A stretch of DNA of 64,000 bases from Epithemia pelagica. Lineage: Eukaryota > Protista > Bacillariophyta. Below, piece after piece: positions 32,444 to 40,919 of this stretch. The notes beneath the pieces were generated by a model. That model was not told the origin of the DNA and did not search any database. It saw only the letters and a list, made by a program, of their open reading frames with translations. The DNA lies in assembly GCA_946965045.2 (NCBI GenBank), contig OX337239.1, positions 2,666,001 to 2,730,000 of the forward strand, in the 5' to 3' direction. The position numbers and the translations under genes are program-made. How positions within the stretch are numbered: position 1 is the first letter of the stretch; every line of letters starts with the position of its first letter.

Positions 32444-33099
32444 CAAACGAACAAATCCTGAAAGACACAACGTGCCCAAGTAGGAGACCTGGACCACCTC
32501 TACCACAACTTGTGGAAGCGAATCCAACACCGAAGGCCCGGCTTGATATCGGACAACATCAAGATCGAAGAAGTGCTGTAGGCGCTCGTTCAGTCGAGGA
32601 TCGACCGCCACCGCCCAGATCAGAAAGATAAAACCGAAATCATTGAGATGAACAATCGATGCTGAACGCACATTCGGAGCCGAGGTGTTTTACTTGGTAT
32701 GAGAATGTTGGCAAGTTACTCCGATGCCAAGACGGCATTGGAAGCGTTGGTGCAATTTTTGGCTGGTCTGTAGAGGTGAAGGGAAGAAGCAGCGACAACA
32801 AGAGGCCGTGAAGCAAGAGAGTTGAGAATGGAAAAGGAAAATACATGCATGACCAAAATGGGGGAATGGGCTTGTCACAACTGTCAAGAGTTCTGATCAA
32901 CTCGCTTGCCGTTGTCAGCTTGCCTGATGATAAGCAAAAATGAAATCCTCCAAGCATTGACCAAGGCTTGACAGCCTGACAAGCTTGAAGGAAGGGAAGT
33001 TAGAAAGGGTGCAACAAAACACACAGATACGTCTATGAGAAAGTTACGATAGGAAATAGGTTTGCATATACTTGATGATAAAATATTGTGATTACATGA

Positions 33100-33736
33100 A
33101 GTGGTTATCTAGGTTGGATCCTTTCGATCCCAGGTTCCCATTGAGGTGATCCTGGATCTTGGATCGGGGTGTAAAAGGCTTCTAGACGGAAAGGATCGTC
33201 ATCTAGGGTCATCGGCATAGGCCTATATCACCTTGAGGTGCATATGTAAGTTAGCGCCGTAGACTATCCATTGCGAATCTTTACGCGCGATTGATATGGT
33301 TAGGTCCAGCAGATCTTGAGATGATAGAAATATAACATAGCCTATGAGACAAAGAACTAGTTCGATCGTGGAGTATACATAAATTAGGAGTGATTCAATC
33401 GTGTCTAAGCTAGATTCATATAGGAATCTAGGATATGTGCGATTGATCGGCCGCGTACTTTCCACGACTCTTCATGACTATAGAACTACCTATTGGATAA
33501 TATAGCCAATATAGGTATTCTAGGTATTACTCCCCTTCGGGGAAATGTCGGCAGTATTACCCATCCAAAACAACAAAGGCTCAAGATGAGGCCAAGCTTG
33601 TTCATATCCAAGTAACTTTGTAAGAACATCAGATGGGAGCCCCTGGAATGTGATACAACCTGAGGATCCCACTAGCGAGGGCTTCATGGACTCGATGGAA
33701 TGCTAGGGCGTTCCAACGTTTTGTCAGTTGTGATTG
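33100..33736 (-). mobile_element. 3' end (RNase H C-terminus, PPT, eroded 3' LTR) of an older copia that hosts the CoDi element
   Basis: The minus strand encodes QSQLTKRWNALAFHRVHEALASGILRLYHIPG...SDVLTKLLGY...LFW. PPT GAAGGGGAG at 33530-33538. The left LTR boundary is approximate. Confidence 0.65.
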
Positions 33737-33976
33737 TGAATAAAAACTGACGGCCAGACGCAATATACGGCTTGCAACAATCAAACTATCAGAAATTATG
33801 GTAACTAAACTAGGGGTGCCCTTTGGGGGCAAATCGCTCACGTAGGGGCCAAACAGCGACCACGGTACCCACTAGCGAACACGCAACTAGGGGCCGGGCG
33901 ATGCCAGGCAATGCGTAGCGAGGCATAGCGAGGCCCTTCGTAGGTTACAAAGGGGGCGCCCGTGATTATTTATTCA
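33737..33976 (-). repeat. 3' LTR (240 bp)
   Basis: Near-identical to 46690-46929, 52661-52900 and 55231-55470; adjacent PPT-side sequence GTCCCCGCGAAC. Confidence 0.95.
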
Positions 33977-34101
33977 GTCCCCGCGAACAAAATCGGGGTG
34001 GGCAACTTCGTTTAGTTCGTCATGTCAGCAGAGGCCGGTCCAGTACGTTGGACTATTCTTCAAAAGGGGCGATCCCATTTTGGATCTAAAAAGGGGGTCT
34101 G

Positions 34102-35084
34102 CTACCACATGATACGTTGGGCCAGGAATCGCAATCGAGGTCCGGGTAGCAGTTTGGTTAGGATATCGGCAAGATTCGTTTCACCTTCTTCCCATGCAAT
34201 GCGCACAAGTCCAGCAGCTTGCGCTTCACGAGTCCGATGATAAGCAATTGCGTTGTGCTTCTTCTTTAGGACTGATTCCGGCTGCGTCGAGTTCTTAAAC
34301 ACAGATTCATTGTCGCAAAACACATTCGTCTCTCCATCCAACGGGATACCCATCATTCGCAACTTATAACGAAATGCTTCAATCATTTCAATGGCAGTTT
34401 TCATTGCCACGAACTCACTGCCAAATGTAGACGTCTCAACAGTGTTTTGTTGTTTTGAATACCACATGATCGGTGCTCGTTGCAAGAACAGTAGGACTCC
34501 TATTTGAGAGCGCCGTGTGACACGACATCCAGCATGATCAGCATCGACAAAGCAAGTCGTGGTGACAGCGTTTCCACGCGGTGCTGGTGCGTTTGGCGGA
34601 ATCGGCTCGGCAGCATCAGGATAATACTCAGACCAATCCGGTCGGGTAAAACGTGACTTGTCGAAGTCAGGGGTTGTGTCGTCGAACACAATGGCGGATT
34701 TATCGTACTTCTTCAGATACGCGAAGATGTGCAACGTTTGCTCGAGATGTCCTTCTCGTGGATTCGCCATAAAACGGGACATATGGGAGACTGCGGTTGT
34801 AATATCGATACGACCGAGTTCAACAATCCAACGGAGAATACCGATTAGTCCTTGGTAATAGTTCGCACGTCTTGCGTGGAGTTCAGGAGTCGCATCCAAT
34901 TCTGGGCGATATCCATCGGCGATCGGCGTCATCACTTTTGACTTCAGCTTTTCTCCGGATTTCTCCAGTTCCGTCTCGACTTCGGCAAGAGCACGCTTAC
35001 AATACTTGTCAGCGGACATGGCCCAACGATCACAGTTTGACGGATCTTGCGTGTCGGGTATGGTATAACGCCGAATTTTGGATC
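34102..35084 (-). pseudogene. 3' part of CoDi pol (RT C-terminus + RNase H), separated by the nested insertion
   Basis: YYQGLIG, FVDADHAG, SEFVA, CDN, NLADILTK. Rejoins 40920+ in frame (DEYLGS-KIRRY) when 35085-40919 and one GATC are removed. Confidence 0.92.
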
Positions 35085-35971
35085 TGTTACTCAATATTTC
35101 AACGCAAAGGTTATTTCGCGCATGAAAAAAAAACAGATTAATATGCAGTTCGGCAAATCCTAGCATTATTTTTCCGTACTGTAAAACCTAACGTTTTTTC
35201 AATACCTATCGTTCATTTTCATTTCTAAAAAATATTTGGAGCTGCCCACAAATCGTCTGTTTTCTTGCTCCATGAACAATGAATATCCATGAAACTCACG
35301 TGTTTGATGGTTCTGATAGTTCTCTTGAAGATGTTACCGGTAGGTTCGTGAGTAATCAACAATCTTTCCCAAATCTCCCTTTCAGAATATTTGACCGCCA
35401 TTGTCAGTTTTTGCTTTGTGTCGTCTCATTTTTCCCCCAAGTCATTCACATATGACTTGTCTCGCCAGAGATTTGTATTTTTTTGATTTGTTGAAGCTAT
35501 TTTCTGAAATATCCTAATATGGACCCATCAAATCGGCACAAAAATCCAACAGATTAATATTTTTTCATCCTGACTTCTAACATATTCGAATTTTTGTTTC
35601 GATTTGTTTCCGATACAAACAAATCAACGCATTTGTGACATTCCATACATTTATGCCCCAAGTATTTCAAATTGGGGCGTCGTTTTGGCGTGACACTGGT
35701 CCTCTGTCTGTTGGTGTTGCACACCTCTTTTGCACATTGGCTGTTCAACTCTCTCTTTCTCCTCTTTCAACTGTCGTGTTTGACACTGAGACACTTTCAT
35801 TGGTACCTCCGTTTGTTTCATATTCTTCCAAGTTGATACGGAATTCGTTCGGCGCAAAAGACATTGTGGTAGCTTGGCTGACTTGTGGTTGGAGCAGAAA
35901 CTGTAGTAGCTCAACCAACGAATTCCGTTCCTCAAGAGCTCTCCAAGAAGTGGTACCTTGTAAGTTGTATC

Positions 35972-38530
35972 ATGTCTGGCCGACAGAACAAGAAAAGAAA
36001 AGAGACCGAAGACCATGACTTGGAGGAGGTGGTAATTACCAAAGAAGACATGAAATTGCTTCGACCCTTGCTCAACAAACTTAAGCGACAGAAGAAGACC
36101 AAGGAAACTAGCCTATCTGACATTGAGGAAGAAGGCAGCACTTATGAGGAGGAGAAATCCAACATCTCATCCGACTCCTCTCTTACAAATGTTGCATCAA
36201 AACAACATTCTTCTACGTCAAAGCAACGTTCCCCTACTGCTTCAAATAAGGCTGCCACTGTGACTACTGATGGCACAAAAAAGAAAAGAGGGAGACAGAA
36301 AAAGAGTCCTCCAAAAAAAGATATTTCCAAAAGAAACAGACATCATTCACGGCAGTCATCATCTCCTGAAAAGAATGTATCTTCAAAAGACCAAACCGAA
36401 GAGACGGCCAAAGATTCCCCCAACCCCCAACCTGGTCATGATACGGAAGTAGTACCTGACAATTTTGATGGTAATCTCAACGAAGAACATAGACTTCGTT
36501 TCAACCTTGCTGTCTTTGGCAACTCTTTTACGGACCCTTCCTCGATGGAACCAGTCTCTGCAGGATCAACATCAAGGAATTCCCAAGAAATGTCTCGGTA
36601 TCGTCTGCAGCAAGAGATTTACATTCGTCGGCATTGGGAATCTGGAGACCCTAACGCTGCTCCACCAGAAGATGACAGTGCACCAGATCCGAGAACGGGC
36701 ATTGGCTTTAGAAAGTTGCATCCAATTGGGCGTAACACAAAATATCAAAAACGGGAAGTTAGGACAATTCCTTTGGAGAACAACAAAGTGGAATATGCCT
36801 TGTTCCATGAAGGTCGTCGTGTTTGTTCTGCAGAGCAAGTTTTCGATGTCATCCAGGAAAGACACGGACGAACCGGTCATGCTCTAAACGAAGAAACGAC
36901 ATATAATTTCATCAAAGACGATTATCAAAATATTACTATGAGACAGGTGAAACAGTTTATCAATGGATGCCCTCAATGTGTCTTACGAAAAAAAAAACAG
37001 GTGCCTCACAAGGGGGCTTCAAAACCAATACGGTCTTTCGGTTTTAGAGACCGTTTCCAAGCTGATCTTATAACAATGACTCAGGAAGGAAAAGAAGGGG
37101 ATAAAGATGTGTACGGAATTGAAATGAAGTTTATCCTCTCCTGCAAAGATCATTTCACCCAGTTCGTCATGTTGGCGGCCATTCCGAGTAAAAGCACGAA
37201 AATAATAGCCAATCACTTGGGTATTATGTATGGAATCATGGGCTTTCCCACGATTTATCAAACTGATAATGGGAACGAAGTCTGTGGCAATGAGGTAGTG
37301 AGGCTTGTGATGGAAAATAATCCACACATTGACACAATTACAGGACGTCCTCGTACTCCTCGAGAACAAGGTTCCGTGGAGAATGCAAACAACGGCATTC
37401 GGAATACTGTCCAATCGATTGTTTCGGAGGAATGGGCTCGTGGGAATACGGAGTTCAACTGGACAATGGCACTGGGAAGAGCAATGGGAACATTGAACGG
37501 TGCTTTTCGACGGACAACAGCAAATGCCATTTCGTCATACGAAACTGTCTTTGGAACCAAATTCTACTCTCCCAATTCAGAAGCTGTGAAAGGATTATCT
37601 TCAACAGAATTGAGAATAGCCGGGACCACAGCGGTTGAACGGTGTCTCCGTACCCGCAGTAGCGCCCTCACAGAAAAATATGCGATTTGTGGTGAGATTA
37701 CTGAAGCCGACATTGAAGACCTTGGAGACCTTGCATCGCCGAGAGTGCAATACCTAATGCACAACTATAAACAAACACATAAAGAAGCGGCAGATGAAGA
37801 CTTCATGCTGATACAAAATTCCGATTGGTCACTGGTACCTGAAGGTCTTAGACCTATATCAGTTCCAGATGAACATGATATGGTCAGAGAAAGTGAAGAA
37901 ACTGTGGGCGACTTAGATTCTAAACCAAAAGCTGTTGATTTGGCCCGAAAACAAAAACAAACGGCTACGGCGAATCAAGACAGTGAAGTACCTGACGATG
38001 ACCTTGATTGCAAACCCAAAGCAGTGGACAATCAGACATTCCGAAAGGAGATCGAGAGTCAGAAGACACAGGAACTAGTAAGTTCCTCAGATCTGGCGGG
38101 TCTGTTGTATTGCCAACCCGTATTGGCAACCCAAAAAGCAGCCCAACAAGAGATTTCAAAACAGGATACCAATAAGTCATCAAATGTCGACAACAAGCCA
38201 GATGATACCAAGAAATCATCAAATGTCGATAACAAGCCAGATGCAAGTTTTGACGCGTCGGACGGGAAACAAAATGTTTTGAAACAAGGTGTCGACATAT
38301 CAAAACACAAGGTTTATTTATCAAAACTTCGTTCCGACAAGAAGCCAGATGCAAGTTTTGACGCGTCGGACGGGAAACAAAATGTTTTGAAACAAGGTGT
38401 CGATATATCAAAACATGATACGGACATACTGGAACAAAATTCTGATCTGTCAAAACAAGATCATAACATGTCAAAAGAAGAGAATGACAGCAGATCAAAA
38501 CACCAGATTTTACGAAACAATAATTCCTGA
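35972..38530 (+). CDS. Integrase-like transposase (HHCC + DDE; KRBA2/SCAND3/GingerRoot-like)
   Basis: HGRTGH...CPQC; FQADLITM (D); YQTDNGNE (D); GRPRTPREQGSVENAN (E, spacing DD37E). First ATG at 35972. Confidence 0.88.
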   Translation: MSGRQNKKRKETEDHDLEEVVITKEDMKLLRPLLNKLKRQKKTKETSLSDIEEEGSTYEEEKSNISSDSSLTNVASKQHSSTSKQRSPTASNKAATVTTDGTKKKRGRQKKSPPKKDISKRNRHHSRQSSSPEKNVSSKDQTEETAKDSPNPQPGHDTEVVPDNFDGNLNEEHRLRFNLAVFGNSFTDPSSMEPVSAGSTSRNSQEMSRYRLQQEIYIRRHWESGDPNAAPPEDDSAPDPRTGIGFRKLHPIGRNTKYQKREVRTIPLENNKVEYALFHEGRRVCSAEQVFDVIQERHGRTGHALNEETTYNFIKDDYQNITMRQVKQFINGCPQCVLRKKKQVPHKGASKPIRSFGFRDRFQADLITMTQEGKEGDKDVYGIEMKFILSCKDHFTQFVMLAAIPSKSTKIIANHLGIMYGIMGFPTIYQTDNGNEVCGNEVVRLVMENNPHIDTITGRPRTPREQGSVENANNGIRNTVQSIVSEEWARGNTEFNWTMALGRAMGTLNGAFRRTTANAISSYETVFGTKFYSPNSEAVKGLSSTELRIAGTTAVERCLRTRSSALTEKYAICGEITEADIEDLGDLASPRVQYLMHNYKQTHKEAADEDFMLIQNSDWSLVPEGLRPISVPDEHDMVRESEETVGDLDSKPKAVDLARKQKQTATANQDSEVPDDDLDCKPKAVDNQTFRKEIESQKTQELVSSSDLAGLLYCQPVLATQKAAQQEISKQDTNKSSNVDNKPDDTKKSSNVDNKPDASFDASDGKQNVLKQGVDISKHKVYLSKLRSDKKPDASFDASDGKQNVLKQGVDISKHDTDILEQNSDLSKQDHNMSKEENDSRSKHQILRNNNS
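38234..38415 (+). repeat. 74-bp direct repeat (period 108, in frame) in the transposase tail
   Basis: 38234-38307 versus 38342-38415, one mismatch. Confidence 0.9.
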
Positions 38531-38963
38531 AGGCATCATTGGAGATAAACAGTCAAAAACATCCATTTGGTTTACACATGATAAATACAACTTACTTGAT
38601 GCCTCATCGCCTCTTGGACCAGAACGGCGTTTGTTACGGCAACAGATTTTGGATAAAAGTTTCGATCAAACCAAGTATAAAATCATTTCTGTTCGAGAAG
38701 CACATCCTGTTACCTACAGCAAGCATCATTCTATCAAGAAACAAAAGACAACTTTTGAAAGAAGGAAAATAAAGTGCAATTGCAAACGACTATGGCTTCA
38801 ATGCAAGACTAATACTTGTGGATGTCGAAAAGCTGGAATTGTCTGTACGCATCTGTGTAAATGCAACAAAAGTGATTGCATGAACAGGCATATTCACGGG
38901 GTAGTACTGGAAGATGAAGTCAAGGCCGGAAATGAGGTACCGAAAAACCAACCCACTGTGTGA
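38397..38963 (+). CDS. Cys-rich CXC/tesmin-like module, probably the frameshifted or spliced C-terminus of the transposase
   Basis: CNCKRLWLQCKTNTCGCRKAGIVCTHLCKCNKSDC in the +1 frame overlapping the end of the transposase ORF. Confidence 0.6.
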   Translation: MSIYQNMIRTYWNKILICQNKIITCQKKRMTADQNTRFYETIIPEGIIGDKQSKTSIWFTHDKYNLLDASSPLGPERRLLRQQILDKSFDQTKYKIISVREAHPVTYSKHHSIKKQKTTFERRKIKCNCKRLWLQCKTNTCGCRKAGIVCTHLCKCNKSDCMNRHIHGVVLEDEVKAGNEVPKNQPTV

Positions 38964-40726
38964 CCAATTGTTCCATCGGAACCAAAGGCACACTCATGTT
39001 TGGAAGTGCAATGACGGATGACACGACCGTCGAATAGAATTGTCACGCCATGTGATAATTCAATCACCAGTCCATTATAAGTACGGCCATCTCTTTTCAG
39101 CAGAACATCTGGAAAAATGAAAAACCAGTTCTTTGTAGTATGTGGCATGGTTTCGGAAAATACAACGAAGCAAACACTAGCGTCGTTGACATCAATATGG
39201 GATGAGTTTTCCAAATCAACACTTACTGCGATGTTGGAACAAAATCCGTCTGTCCCACCCAAATCTTGAGGGACATCAATATCTGCCTATTTACGCAAAG
39301 ATGTAAACAAAGGCAATATTCCCGGATAGAGTTGTTGAATTCTTGTCCCAACCGTGGAGCATAACTGCCCTACATTATTGTTGAGTGATGTATTGTCCAT
39401 GGAGATTGGTATTGATTTTAATTGTTGCTGATAACGGTTGAACGTGATTCCATACCCACTCATTTGTCCGTTGTCTCCTGTGTTTCTCCTGGAGTTCCCA
39501 CAGCTTGAAACGTTCTTGTCTGAGACGTATAAGTTTGCCACAGAAGCAAAGTCATGATACAGCTTCTCAGACGATGATACATAGGACACAACAATGTAGG
39601 ATTGTCCAACTGGCCGTTTGTTGCTGTCCAAAATAGTAGTCTGGAATGCGTGGATTTGTCTTTCTTCAGATCTTGGGTTTAAAACATAGGCCGAGGAACC
39701 ACGGATGGAACGATACAGTGCACCAGTGACATATCTGCGACAGCCAATTTTATTGGATCCTGACTTTTCAAATAAAGCACGGTAAAATGTACGGCAATCT
39801 TGGATTTTGTTAACAATGTTGTCACCGATACAGTCAGGTGGTAGAAGAGGAGTATCAACATCACCGTCGTCAAATTGAATGCTGTGAATAACTTTGGGCA
39901 ATTCGTTGGAAACAACATAATTGATTGTCCATACTTTGTTTATAGACTTGATGAAGCTTCCCAACGCTGGTTCACCAGTTGTATAAACAAGACGTTACCA
40001 GGAAAGTGGTAATGGAGTAAGTGACGAAGTGGTGATAGATTTGCCAATGCCACACTGTAGTTCACAAAGAAATTTGGAATTGTCCAAGGTAAAGGCAGTT
40101 GTCCAAAATACTGATGCATAGGGGAAAATAATTATGACGGTGCAAAAAATGTGGTCAAATTCAGTAGAACAGAGTTCCCTGGAGGTTCGTGTACGGTGTA
40201 TCACTTCGTAGTAGGGTTGGTTGTACGGAATTCTTGGTTTACGGTGTGTCCTGGACAATGTACAGTCAAGCATGAATGCACCATGCAATTCATGCGTCAG
40301 CTGTAAAGGAATGGCTTCCTGTATTTGTAGGTCATGATGTGATATTGATGAACGTGTCAACTGTAGTTCTTTAAATCCCCGCTTGATTTCTTTGATGAAA
40401 ATAGGAATATGAGGGACACTTGGCCTTTGGAAAGGACGAAGAACAGATTTAAGGTACGGCAAACTGTGTTGGATGAAGGCTTGTTGAACATCATCCCCTG
40501 GTAGACACAGGGAGAACATTTCACAGAGAAGTAATGTGAAGTCGTCAGTATCAAAGCAGTATGGCTCATGTCGGATAGAAGTCTGAGCGGATTGATACAC
40601 ATGAATGATTCCTGGAGGTCGGTTGCGACGAGAAGAGTTGCTCTTATGCTTGGATGAATTCTTTGTCTTCTTCATGATGGACGTATGAAGGGAGGCTGTC
40701 AACGATTCGATGAAGCGAAAGAACAA
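38894..40726 (-). pseudogene. Cargo: TET/JBP-like 2OG-Fe(II) dioxygenase; one reading frame with two in-frame stops
   Basis: ORFs 39995-40726, 39287-39964 and 38894-39262 are in the same frame, separated only by TAA (39995-39997) and TAG (39287-39289). Motifs RRNTGDNGQMSGYG, SVDLENSSHIDVND (HxD), WFFIFP and HGVTILFDGRVIRHCTS (distal His). No obvious distal 2OG-binding Arg. Confidence 0.6.
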
Positions 40727-40919
40727 CGAGTATGACGGTGCTGTGAGGTAAGAAAATCAGTGGTCGTAAACGATGAAAAATGATAGAAAAAATATGGGGA
40801 TTTTGTTTTAATTTGATATGCCGGCGAACAACAAATCAAAACATGACGACGTTTCAATAATTTTCAACAAATCAGCGCAAAGTTTTGATTTGTCGTTTGC
40901 GTCGAAATCTCGGGTAACA

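Larger units (their letters stand above)
35085..40919 (+). mobile_element. 5.84-kb Ginger/GingerRoot-like DNA transposon (retroviral-integrase-type transposase) with dioxygenase cargo
   Basis: Ends are TGTTACTCAATATTTCAACGCAAA and the reverse complement TGTTACCCGAGATTTCGACGCAAA (20/24). 4-bp TSD GATC at 35081-35084 and 40920-40923. No LTRs, RT or gag. Confidence 0.9.

Noticed and set aside
33737-33976. The 240-bp repeat as a Helitron or MITE end (GC-rich hairpins, CTAG motifs)
   Set aside because: It has TG...CA ends, sits between the PBS and PPT, and brackets gag-pol, so it is an LTR.
35085-40919. Polinton/Maverick or endogenous virus
   Set aside because: It is only 5.8 kb with a 4-bp TSD and no PolB, ATPase or capsid ORFs.
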